From: a virus
Taxonomy: Duplodnaviria; Caudoviricetes
Virus record (IMG/VR): IMGVR_UViG_3300032030_000005
Coordinates: 96,001-160,000 of that record
Reading direction: 5' to 3' (one strand)
Length of the DNA: 64,000 nt
Part shown: piece after piece, positions 10,683 through 19,815 of the stretch
Layout: the number at the start of each line of letters is the position of its first letter
Numbering within the stretch: position 1 is the stretch's first letter
Notes under the pieces: model-generated
What the model was told of the DNA's origin: nothing
What the model saw: the letters and a program-made list of their open reading frames with translations, nothing else
Databases searched by the model: none
Translations under genes and position numbers: made by a program

Positions 10683-12236
10683 GTGAAATATATGCCTGAT
10701 AATTTTTTAGAAAGTGCTTCATTAGACTCTGTGGGTTATGAAAACTTCTATACCGAAGGAGAAAATGGTGAAAGTTTAGGAAAAAATTCAGCATTCTTTA
10801 ATTCTAATGAGGTTCAACCATCTGAAGGTGTTACTGTAACTGGTAAACCTATGAGTAGTCACGTTGCTATGGCTATTACCGGTAAAGATGTTAAAAATGG
10901 AATATTCTTTGGTAAAGAAAATAAAGTATTTGGATTACCTTTTAAGTATGGTCCTTTAGCTGATCCTATGGGTAGAGTATTTCAAAGCACATTTGAAACA
11001 GATAGTTCATGTGTAGCTTTTATTAAATTTGGCGTACCAAAAATTAATAGAGCTTTATTTGGTAAAATGTCTGCTGATGCTAGTGATACACCATCATTTG
11101 GTTTAAATATTTATTATGGTTTTAGATCAGCTATTGATCCAACAACTAATACACAAGACCAAAGATTAATTACATTTGAACCTAAAATGAATCAATTTAT
11201 GAAATACGCAAATGCTTCAATTAATGAAGTATATACATTATTAGACTTACCGGGTTTATTTTCTACAGATGGTTATACAGATGAAGAATTTGAAAACGGT
11301 TTTGCATTTTTCTGTACTAAAACAAGCACAATTACTGAAAGCGTAGATAATAATTATACAGAACCAGACATTATTACTAAAATGAACTCAGATGCAGCTT
11401 TACGTAGACAAAATTATCAGATGTATGGTACTTATGGTAGTATTGCTAACGATTCAGGTGGTACTGATGCTATAAGCTGGTTAGAGTCAATAGCTAATAC
11501 TCAATTACAAAAAGTTGCTGAAAATATTGCCGATAGTCCTATTATTGGTTCTGTTGCTTCAGCATTTATGAAATCAAATAAAGGCACTATGGGTTATTAT
11601 GGAGAATTATGGGCTGACTCTAAGACTTCTGATAGCTTTTCATTACAATTTAAATTTAGATCACCATATGGTTCTAAATATGAAATATTCAGAAATTGTT
11701 TCTTCCCATTCTTATTATTACATACAGCCGCTATTCCAAAACAAGATGGTAGATTTAGTTATCAAGAACCATTTATGATAATGATTGATTTTCCGGGTTG
11801 GTTTAGAGTTAATTGTGGAGTTATTCAATCTTTAAGCTGGGTTAAAGGTGGTAGTAATGCATTATTTAATGTAGATGGCTTACCATTAGAAATAGAAGTT
11901 ACTATGAATGTTAAAGATCTCTATCCAGTTCAATTATCTTCAGAAAATGTTACAGTTATGGAATATAACTGGGGTCTTTTAAGTTTCTTAGAAAATATGG
12001 CTGGATTAACAACGGCTCAAGCGGCTTATATAAGTAATGTACAAAGTTTCCAAAATGCAATAAGAACTACAATGGCTCAAAGTGATGGTTCTATTATGGG
12101 CAATACTAAAGCTTATTTTAATGCACATTATCGTGTAGCCGCTAATAAATGGAATGCTGCTGGTGGAACAGTGGGCGGATTGATTACAAATGGAGCAAAA
12201 AGAGAAATACGTTCAAGAAGTTATTTAGGTCGTTAA
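10683..12236 (+). CDS. Putative virion structural (baseplate/tail) protein
   Basis: 517 aa, follows the tail proteins. C-terminal beta-rich segment (GVIQSLSWVKGG...GLPLEIEVTMNVKDLY) resembles tube/baseplate-type proteins. Function inferred. Confidence 0.5.
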   Translation: MKYMPDNFLESASLDSVGYENFYTEGENGESLGKNSAFFNSNEVQPSEGVTVTGKPMSSHVAMAITGKDVKNGIFFGKENKVFGLPFKYGPLADPMGRVFQSTFETDSSCVAFIKFGVPKINRALFGKMSADASDTPSFGLNIYYGFRSAIDPTTNTQDQRLITFEPKMNQFMKYANASINEVYTLLDLPGLFSTDGYTDEEFENGFAFFCTKTSTITESVDNNYTEPDIITKMNSDAALRRQNYQMYGTYGSIANDSGGTDAISWLESIANTQLQKVAENIADSPIIGSVASAFMKSNKGTMGYYGELWADSKTSDSFSLQFKFRSPYGSKYEIFRNCFFPFLLLHTAAIPKQDGRFSYQEPFMIMIDFPGWFRVNCGVIQSLSWVKGGSNALFNVDGLPLEIEVTMNVKDLYPVQLSSENVTVMEYNWGLLSFLENMAGLTTAQAAYISNVQSFQNAIRTTMAQSDGSIMGNTKAYFNAHYRVAANKWNAAGGTVGGLITNGAKREIRSRSYLGR

Positions 12237-12264
12237 ACTTTATATTATTAATATACTGAAAGGT

Positions 12265-12891
12265 GTGAAAATTATGTTTAGAATTCCAGAAAGTGCTTTA
12301 CGCTATGAAAAATATAAAAGATTATTAGAAGCTGCTGAAGAACAAGATCCTAATGCAGTTCCACAGGAAGATCCTAATGCTGCTCAAGATCCAAATGCTA
12401 TGCAGCAAGGAGATCCTAATGCTCAAGATCCTAACGCAGAAATGGATCCAAACGCTCAGGAAGATCCTAATGCTATGCAAGGTGGCCAAGATTCAGGAAT
12501 ATCTCAAGCTCAGACACCAGAAGAAGCTTATGAAGCTGGATTAAAAGAAATTCAGAATACTATTGCAATGACTGGTAGAAAGCGTTATGCTAGATATAAG
12601 ATGAATGGTGGTAAGGATAGTTGGGAAATCTTTAGAAAAAATCTTGAAGATTCATTAAAGCAAGAACTTGAAGAAGATTGCAAAGAGATGTTCGGTTATA
12701 ATCCGGGTAAAACTACTGAAAAAGATTTACTCGTTATGATTAAAAATGGTATTGAACAACTCAATCAGGCTATGCAGCAAGGAATGGCTCAAGAAGCGGC
12801 TCAAGATCCTAACGCACAACAGGCAATGCAAGAAGCTTATGATTTTATCGCAGAAAGAAATTATAGAAGATTAATGGAAAGAAATTTTTAA
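12265..12891 (+). CDS. Hypothetical protein with Q-D-P-N-A repeats (probable head/scaffold-type protein)
   Basis: About 8 DPNA units and acidic xxE motifs (LLEA, AYEA, MQEA). Confidence 0.6.
   Translation: MKIMFRIPESALRYEKYKRLLEAAEEQDPNAVPQEDPNAAQDPNAMQQGDPNAQDPNAEMDPNAQEDPNAMQGGQDSGISQAQTPEEAYEAGLKEIQNTIAMTGRKRYARYKMNGGKDSWEIFRKNLEDSLKQELEEDCKEMFGYNPGKTTEKDLLVMIKNGIEQLNQAMQQGMAQEAAQDPNAQQAMQEAYDFIAERNYRRLMERNF
12343..12480 (+). repeat. Imperfect coding tandem repeat (GATCCWAAYGC, DPNA)
   Basis: Seven copies of gatcc(t/a)aa(t/c)gc in ~140 bp. Confidence 0.85.
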
Positions 12892-12909
12892 GTAAGGAGG
12901 TAAACTAGT

Positions 12910-14130
12910 ATGGTTTATACTACTTACTTAAATGAAGAAATTGCAAATGATGAAATTTATCCAATTTTTATAGCTTTATCTGAAGGCAAATCTTATATTT
13001 CTAAAAAAATAAAAGATGTTACAAAATGTCCATATTCACATTGTATGATAGGATTAGATCCAGAATTAAAGTATTTTTATAGTTTTAATATAATTGATAA
13101 TTTTAATAATGGATTTGTAATTGAAACCCTAGAAAATTTAGCAAAGAAAGCTAATAGTATAAATATATATGTATTTTTTGTAAATAGATCTATATACAAA
13201 AATATAGTTAAATCTATTAAGAGGTACAATGATTTAAAAGATAAAACTAAGTATAGTATTAAAAGATTATTTGAAGCTGCTTTTAATAAAGGTAAAGAAA
13301 CTAATCCTATGCAACAGGTATGTTCATCATTTGTTTATAGTATTTTATCGCATTCAGGAGTACATTTAGCTCCAGATAATATATTATGTGTAAAACCTTC
13401 AGATTTTTACACTACTATAAATAATAATAAAAAATATATCTATCAGATATATGAAGGAAGTCCTCTTGATATAAATATGGATGATATTACTATTGAATTG
13501 AATAAATTAAAAGATAAGAAAAGTACTAAAGAATTTAATCAAGAAAAAATAATACTTACAGAAAGTGAACGTATATATCCAGAAACTGTCGATAGGTCAG
13601 CATATGATAATTTTGTATTATTTAATTTATTTCATGTTTACACAACAGATATGACTTTGAGAAATGATCCACAATTTATATCTAAAATGAAATGGGTTAA
13701 AGATAGAATAACTGAAATATGTGATATGGCTGGATGGACAGTATTTCCTTATGAATTAACTTTATGTGCATCATTTGAAGACCTAGATGAATTTTATAAT
13801 CATCAAGCTCCTAAATGGGTAACTGGTTTTACATATGGTGATAAAGTTTATATGAAAGGACCTGCTATATATCCTGGAGAACTTTATTATAATGTAGTAT
13901 TACATGAATGTATTCATGTTCAAATATATCTTAATGAAAAAGTACAAGGAAAAACTATATCACGAGAAGATGAAGAAGGTATGGCCGTTTTCTTTAGTAC
14001 TCCACTTGATAAATGGCTTAAGGAATTAAATCATGGTCCTAACTGGTATTATTATGAGAGTGCAATAAGAGTTCAAGAAGACTTTTTAAATTATGGAATG
14101 AAAAAAGTAATTCAGAAAAGATTTAAATAA
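12910..14130 (+). CDS. Two-domain protein: permuted papain-like (NlpC/P60-type) domain plus HEXXH zinc peptidase-like domain
   Basis: PYSHCMIG near the N-terminus precedes QVCSSFVY (His-before-Cys order). C-terminal VVLHECIH...DEEGMA. Confidence 0.6.
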   Translation: MVYTTYLNEEIANDEIYPIFIALSEGKSYISKKIKDVTKCPYSHCMIGLDPELKYFYSFNIIDNFNNGFVIETLENLAKKANSINIYVFFVNRSIYKNIVKSIKRYNDLKDKTKYSIKRLFEAAFNKGKETNPMQQVCSSFVYSILSHSGVHLAPDNILCVKPSDFYTTINNNKKYIYQIYEGSPLDINMDDITIELNKLKDKKSTKEFNQEKIILTESERIYPETVDRSAYDNFVLFNLFHVYTTDMTLRNDPQFISKMKWVKDRITEICDMAGWTVFPYELTLCASFEDLDEFYNHQAPKWVTGFTYGDKVYMKGPAIYPGELYYNVVLHECIHVQIYLNEKVQGKTISREDEEGMAVFFSTPLDKWLKELNHGPNWYYYESAIRVQEDFLNYGMKKVIQKRFK

Positions 14131-14173
14131 ATTCAGATACTATTAGACATGATTTATTATAAATTTATATGAG

Positions 14174-14785
14174 GTGATTTTAATGCGTTTTTATAACGAA
14201 GGTAACAAATGTAATTGTGGCAAGAGATCTTGTCCTGAATGCAATCCAAAGATTAGCAAGATTAGTAAGCCAGATGCAAATGGTTTAGTTAATAAGAAAA
14301 CAATTGGTAATCATTATATGAAGTTTGATGAAGCATTTATGCAGGGTTATTATGATGCTTTAAATGAAATGGAAGAATATGATGAATATGAGGAAGAAGA
14401 TGCTTATGAATCTTACAATGAAGAAGATTTAGAAAATGCATATCTTGAAGGTTATTATGCTGCTTTAAATGAAACATCAGCAGCTACTAAAGCTAAACAA
14501 AGATCACTTGGTATGAAAGGCGTTAAAGGTGGAACACATACTCATAATAATGACGATTTTTGGCCTTTATGTAATTCTGGAGCTTTTAAAAAAGATGAAG
14601 CTGTTAGAGATTATAGAAATAAACACAGGTCTGACTATTTAACAGTTAAAAGACAGAGAATGCTTGGTGGTAAGACTGTGGAAATTGCAGATGCTCCAAA
14701 TGGTAAAAGATATAGTATTTGGACTAAAGGACATCAGTATCCAACTTCAGAAAGAATTATTCCTAATAGGAAGCCTAATAAGTGA
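14174..14785 (+). CDS. EGYYDALNE-tagged basic protein (putative internal head protein) with an N-terminal Cys cluster
   Basis: CNCGKRSCPEC, then EAFMQGYYDALNE...AYLEGYYAALNE, then a K/R-rich tail. Probable start ATG at 14183. Confidence 0.65.
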   Translation: MILMRFYNEGNKCNCGKRSCPECNPKISKISKPDANGLVNKKTIGNHYMKFDEAFMQGYYDALNEMEEYDEYEEEDAYESYNEEDLENAYLEGYYAALNETSAATKAKQRSLGMKGVKGGTHTHNNDDFWPLCNSGAFKKDEAVRDYRNKHRSDYLTVKRQRMLGGKTVEIADAPNGKRYSIWTKGHQYPTSERIIPNRKPNK

Positions 14786-14786
14786 T

Positions 14787-14828
14787 AAAATATTCCCTTA
14801 AGACTAATAAGTCTTAAGGGAATATTTT
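14787..14828. terminator. Bidirectional terminator/palindrome, CCCTTAAGAC family
   Basis: AAAATATTCCCTTAAGACT-AATA-AGTCTTAAGGGAATATTTT between convergent genes. Confidence 0.8.
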
Positions 14829-15364
14829 TAATAAAGTTCTGCTAATGCATCATAATATCCTTCTAAAAATGCTTCAGTAAGATAATCTTCTTTAAATCCT
14901 TTAGTATATTTAACAGCTGCGTCATATGTGTTTTTATCCATTTCAGAATAATCACAAGTTTTATGTTTAAAACCTTTTCTGATAATTTCATGATTTTTTA
15001 TTTTTTTACTACCTTTAATAGCACCAACAGTTCCAACAGTAGCAAACATACCACTAGCAACAAGAACTCTTCTTAATCTTTTCATAGTTTGAATATCTTC
15101 TGGTGTTTTATTTTTTTTCGCTTTTAACGCTTTATATTTCTTTAATGCTGCTGCACCATTAGCAACATTTCCTATAGCCATAGCACCATGGATAGCTGTA
15201 TTAGCAATTTCTTTATTTCTATGTTTCTTTGCAACATCAGATAAATATTTATTTTGTACATAATGTGCATCTATTTTTCCATTACTGTCTATATGTTTTA
15301 CAGCTGCAGGATGATTAGTTCCTTTAGTTGACTTGCTATCAACTCTAACCCATTCTTCTGTCAT
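14828..15364 (-). CDS. Basic protein with a C-terminal EAFLEGYYDALAE tag and two hydrophobic Gly/Ala helices
   Basis: Ends in EDYLTEAFLEGYYDALAELY; hydrophobic segments AIHGAMAIGNVANGAAAL and VLVASGMFATVGTVGAI. Confidence 0.65.
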   Translation of the reverse strand: MTEEWVRVDSKSTKGTNHPAAVKHIDSNGKIDAHYVQNKYLSDVAKKHRNKEIANTAIHGAMAIGNVANGAAALKKYKALKAKKNKTPEDIQTMKRLRRVLVASGMFATVGTVGAIKGSKKIKNHEIIRKGFKHKTCDYSEMDKNTYDAAVKYTKGFKEDYLTEAFLEGYYDALAELY

Positions 15365-15389
15365 AATAATAGCCTTCTTTCTAATAATA

Positions 15390-15587
15390 TTATTTATTCA
15401 ATTTTTTAAGAGCTTCTAATGTAGAATCTGGAATAGCCAAGTCTGATTCAATACCTGCACCAAGTAATAATGTATATACAGTATTTAATGATTGTTTCTT
15501 AGAAATATCATTTGGAAGATCTTTTAGATATACATATCCTTGTTTAGAGATCTCTTTATACATAGCAGCCTTAGAATCCATACTATC
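15390..15587 (-). CDS. Exon 2 of the virion RNAP beta-like C-terminal subunit
   Basis: In-frame join ...KEFLGPRA|DSMDSKAAMYKEISKQG... after the terminal G of the intron at 15588. Confidence 0.8.
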   Translation of the reverse strand, partial: DSMDSKAAMYKEISKQGYVYLKDLPNDISKKQSLNTVYTLLLGAGIESDLAIPDSTLEALKKLNK

Positions 15588-16970
15588 CAATAATCTTCAC
15601 ATAGAATCGCTAATTCTATGCAGTTCTCTTATGAACTTCTTCATATTTCTATGAATGTTGAGACTATATCTTCATTTTTATATAAAAATAAAAATGCTTT
15701 TTGTTTCCATTTAAGGGATTTTCACCCACCGCTTGGCCGTACTCTACTTAAATATATAAATTTTCATAATCTCCTTTTTTAATAATAATTTTTCCATTTT
15801 TGATATAAAGGATATTATCAAAATCATTTATTTTTTCGATAGTCGTTGAACTATTTATAAAAAATTCAGCTAAAATTTTATCTAAAATTTTTCTATTTTT
15901 ATAGCTAATTCTAATTAATGAATATTTATTATTATTTATAAAAAAATCAAATTTCTCTTTATCCCTTGCAAGTTGTTCATTAAAGGTTTGTGGAGTATTA
16001 CTAAAAGATAATTCAAAATGTTGTTTTCCATCAAATTCTAGAAATATATTTGATTGTATAACAAAATCAAAAGATTTTGATGTTGAAAATTCATTACAAT
16101 GTTCTTCATCTTCAAAAGAAATATTATTTTTTATTAAAAACTTTTCTATTTCTTTACAATATATTGAATTTTTTATTTTTCTTCCACAATAAGGACATCT
16201 TGCTTTATTACATAAAAATTCTTTTGGAGCTACTTTATATATTTTATTACATTTATTATGTTTAATTTTAAGTGGTTTATCTGTATTTATATATTCTTCT
16301 AAAAAAGTATATTCATCTCCAACGTGATCTTTTACTTCTTTTAAAAATTCATCGTTTGTCCTTTTTGTATTTCTTTTACAGCAAAAAGGACATCTTCTTT
16401 TTGCTCTTACAAAATTATTAGGTGTTACAAAATACACATTACCACACAAATTATGTTTTACTTTTAATTTAGTTTTATCATTTATATATTCTTCTAAAAA
16501 AGTATATTCATCTCCAACTTGATTTTTTATTTCTTTTAAAAATTCATCATTAGATTTTCTTCTATTTTTAGCATTAAATTCCGTGATACATTTCCTACAT
16601 CTACATTTTTTATTTAAAAATGTGTTAGGAGTTACATTATAAATATTACCACACAAATTATGTTTTACTTTTAAAGGTGTATTAGTATTTATATATTCTT
16701 CTAAAAAAGTATATTCATCTCCAACTTGATTTTTTACTTCTTTTAAAAATTCATCGTTAGATTTTTTAATATTTTTTGGCATAACAAATTCTCCTTTTTA
16801 TTAATAAAAAATTTGTTTTGCAATTCACGGAATCTTTTATTTATAAATAGCTGCTGATTGTCCAATCCTTTTGATTTTCAAACATTCACGCTTAGAATTA
16901 CTTCTTACGTTGTAGTTCAAAAGGCTCTAAGGAGTTTCCAGCAATTAAAAAAGTTAAGAACCAATATTTT
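15588..16970 (-). mobile_element. Group I intron (IA-like) in the RNAP beta-like gene, carrying a homing endonuclease
   Basis: P1 AAGAGCU/GGUUCUU with a U.G pair at the 5' splice site. P AAUUGCUGGAA, Q AAUCAGCAG (~16851-16859), R GUUCAACGACUA (15840-15851), S AAGAUAUAGUCU (15661-15672), P9 hairpins and a terminal G. Confidence 0.9.
15748..16782 (-). CDS. Intron-encoded homing endonuclease (3 zinc-ribbon repeats plus Vsr/DUF559-like nuclease)
   Basis: Three NDEFLKE.K..VGDEYTFLEEYIN...KHN.C...C..C repeats; C-terminal FDF...LEFDGKQH. Confidence 0.85.
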   Translation of the reverse strand: MPKNIKKSNDEFLKEVKNQVGDEYTFLEEYINTNTPLKVKHNLCGNIYNVTPNTFLNKKCRCRKCITEFNAKNRRKSNDEFLKEIKNQVGDEYTFLEEYINDKTKLKVKHNLCGNVYFVTPNNFVRAKRRCPFCCKRNTKRTNDEFLKEVKDHVGDEYTFLEEYINTDKPLKIKHNKCNKIYKVAPKEFLCNKARCPYCGRKIKNSIYCKEIEKFLIKNNISFEDEEHCNEFSTSKSFDFVIQSNIFLEFDGKQHFELSFSNTPQTFNEQLARDKEKFDFFINNNKYSLIRISYKNRKILDKILAEFFINSSTTIEKINDFDNILYIKNGKIIIKKGDYENLYI

Positions 16971-19262
16971 AGCTCTTGGACCTAAGAATTCCTTTAATGC
17001 CACATTATCATCTTTATATGTTAATAATGAGAACGTTTCCATATCTGAAATTCTAGCGATTTTATCATCTGCGGTAACTTGACCTGTTTTCATATTACGT
17101 TTACTTATATCAAGTGAATATGTATTCTTTTTACTAAGCATCTGTTGTAATCTTCGGATATCTACATAGAGAACTGGAACTTTATATCTAGTTCTAATAG
17201 GATCATCTTTATGACCATCTTGCTTATAATATACATACTCTTCCGTAGGAACTTTTAAGAAGTCTAACGCATCTTTACAATCTTTAATTCTAGGGCAATT
17301 CTTATTAGGAAGTATTTCTAAATAGAAGTTCTTCTTATCATCTTTTAAGAATTCTTTCATATATTTATCGAATTTGTCATCATTCATAGAACTAAAAAGC
17401 TTCTTATATTTCTGAGTGTTTGCTCCTGTTTTATCAAGTAAGCTTAATGTTTTATAAATCTTTTCTTCAATTTGTTTTCTTTTAGCTGAATTAATAGACT
17501 CATTTAAAATTATATTAGAACTTTCATTAATAGTTTCAAATAATGTAAAAGAAGGATTTGCAATTATCTTAAAGTTATTTAATGCTTTAAGTTGATCTGT
17601 TAATTCAAAGTTTCTACTTTCAATTCTATAATCCTTTAAATCGAACTTCTTTACATAATAATCTAACATTTCTTTCATTAAATTATCAGCTTTGTATTCA
17701 GATGAAGCTTCTATAGCTATAAATGTAGGAATTGTTCTCTTATTAGAATCATCATCCATATTATATATCTTATCTTTGACTATTACATAACCAGCAACAT
17801 TATTATTCTTATCTATAAATAATAAACCATGTTCATCTCCGGCTAATTTCTGATAATTTCTTAATCGATAATGTGTTTTACCATATTTAAATAAATTCTG
17901 TGGAGTCATTTCTAATATAGTAAACTGAGCTAATACACTATTCTTAAAGTCTTCTTCATCTTGTACTGTATTAGTATAACGATAACCATTATCTTTATTA
18001 GTATTTAAATTAATAAGACTTGTTAAGAAATCTTTATTAGTCTTTGAATTATTTAAGATAAATGTTAATACATCTGAAGTTAATCCTTCTACTGTATAGA
18101 ATAAATTATCTTCATTGTATTCATTATAAACTTCATTTAAGATATCTCTCATATCATCAATAGATTCAAATTCATTTATACCCATCATAATATTATTATT
18201 ACATTCTAAGTAATAAGTCTTATTATCTTTTTCAAATGTAGGACATAATGAAGTTTTCTCTCCTAATGAATAGACTTGCATCTTAGGATTATAACCTAAA
18301 TCATAAAGTTTATTAAATACTGCAGAAGATCTTTGAGCTGCAGAACTTAAACCTACTGCATTAGGAGCTACTGCACCTTCTAAGCAAGTACTAAAATAAT
18401 CAAAGATATCTTCATAATTAGTAAGTTCTACACTTTCCATTAAAGGCTTATTATTATTTACATACTTCTCTAAAAATTCTTTAGGAGTCATTCTATTATT
18501 AGCTGATTCTACTGGATTAATAAAGTTCATATCAGTAGCTATCATATTAAATGATAATAATCTAGTCTCATAATCATATACATCTATATTAGGAACTTTT
18601 ATCAATTCAAACAGATGTAATAAATAGTTTACTGAAGCATATTCATAATATGTCTTCTGTTCATTTTGATCATCTAATAAATCCCAATTAATAGTATGAT
18701 ATAATGTAAATAAATCTGAAATATTAAATAATGAATTTATTTCTTCAAAATCTCTTAAGAATTTTTCATAACATTCATCCGGTACTAATTTGTTATAAAT
18801 ATGAATATATTTATTTTCTGATTCATATAACATATTATCAAATGATGCAATATCTATTTTATAATTAGTTATATCTGTAACATCCTGATAAATACCATAT
18901 GCTTTATTCTTAAAATTATTATCCCAAACAATGCATAATTTAATAAGTGTATTTTTATTATTAAAAAATTTAAAGATAGGTACTACACTTAATATATGAT
19001 ATTTCTTAGTTAAATCTCTTGTAAGATAATTTTCTGTATTATTTTTAAGAAATCTAACTGAATTAAACCAACTAGAAGATGGTCTTGTAAAATCTTTAGG
19101 GTCGTTTAATTTAGGAAGACCACTATTAAAATAATTACTAACATTAGCTATTTCTTTATGGCTTAATGTATCTCCACAAAATGGACAAGGCGTTTCTAAC
19201 AATGCTTGTTCAAATACAGAGTTACATGTATTACATTTACAATATGTATTATTTTCACTCAT
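16971..19262 (-). CDS. Exon 1 of the virion RNAP beta-like C-terminal subunit, with a ~590-aa N-terminal extension
   Basis: C-terminal RRLQQMLSKK...RNMKTGQVT.DDK.ARISDME...LKEFLGPRA matches the beta C-terminal region of split phage RNAPs. Spliced product is 829 aa. Late promoter motif upstream. Confidence 0.75.
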
Positions 19263-19288
19263 AGGATATTCACCTCTTTCTTAAAGTA

Positions 19289-19300
19289 TAACAAGATGTT
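19289..19300 (-). promoter_or_regulatory. Putative late promoter AACA-N6-TA
   Basis: Minus strand AACA TCTTGT TA upstream of the GAGGTGA SD of ORF 19262. Confidence 0.55.
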
Positions 19301-19330
19301 GGGATCATATAAAATATTTAAAATGTAAAA

Positions 19331-19358
19331 AAAAAATACTCCCGAAGGAGTATTTTTT
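19331..19358. terminator. Intrinsic terminator
   Basis: AATACTCC-CGAA-GGAGTATT flanked by A and T tracts. Confidence 0.75.
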
Positions 19359-19658
19359 TTAATAATCATATCCTTTTTTAAAATGGTAATCGGCTATCTG
19401 GTAATATAGCCGATATGTGGCTATTATATCTTCGATTGAACCACATCCAAATTCGCCGTCTCGGAGAACAGCTTTTATCAGTTCAATCGTTTTTTGGCAG
19501 ATCGTCCACTGCCAGCCATCATCGGCATCGAAGAGGGTTTGCATGGTGTCTCCATTTACATTACCTCCTTTTTGGGCGAAAGCCCATTCATTAAAACTTT
19601 TAATATTCCCACCTTCTAATTTAGTGAGAATTTCTTCATTAATAATAATTTCCGTCAT
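19359..19658 (-). CDS. Hypothetical early protein
   Basis: 99 aa, AAGGAGG SD, own TATATTAT promoter and terminator; visibly richer in GC than its neighbours. Confidence 0.7.
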   Translation of the reverse strand: MTEIIINEEILTKLEGGNIKSFNEWAFAQKGGNVNGDTMQTLFDADDGWQWTICQKTIELIKAVLRDGEFGCGSIEDIIATYRLYYQIADYHFKKGYDY

Positions 19659-19736
19659 ACTAATTCCTCCTTACATAGATAGTTTATTTATAAGACGTAT
19701 CTAGGTCTTGTTTAATATTTCATATTTTCCATAATT

Positions 19737-19744
19737 ATAATATA
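19737..19744 (-). promoter_or_regulatory. Putative early promoter TATATTAT
   Basis: Minus strand ATATATTATAATT upstream of ORF 19658; recurring intergenic motif. Confidence 0.6.
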
Positions 19745-19779
19745 TATTTGAGTGTATTTTTTATTACAGTTAATAAATA

Positions 19780-19809
19780 TCCCTTAAGACTAATTATAGT
19801 CTTAAGGGA
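19780..19809. terminator. CCCTTAAGAC-family hairpin terminator
   Basis: TCCCTTAAGACTA...TAGTCTTAAGGGA after ORF 24894(-). Confidence 0.75.
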
Positions 19810-19815
19810 AATAAA

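Noticed and set aside
16300-16770. ~200-bp tandem DNA repeats as a CRISPR array or diversity-generating retroelement
   Set aside because: They are in-frame zinc-ribbon domain repeats. There are no spacers, cas genes or reverse transcriptase in the window.
16917-16970. ORF-track C-terminus KILVLNFFNCWKLLRAF, and likewise QYLKRNVGIAI at 51683-51718
   Set aside because: These are read-through into intron sequence (P1 and P elements), not real protein ends.
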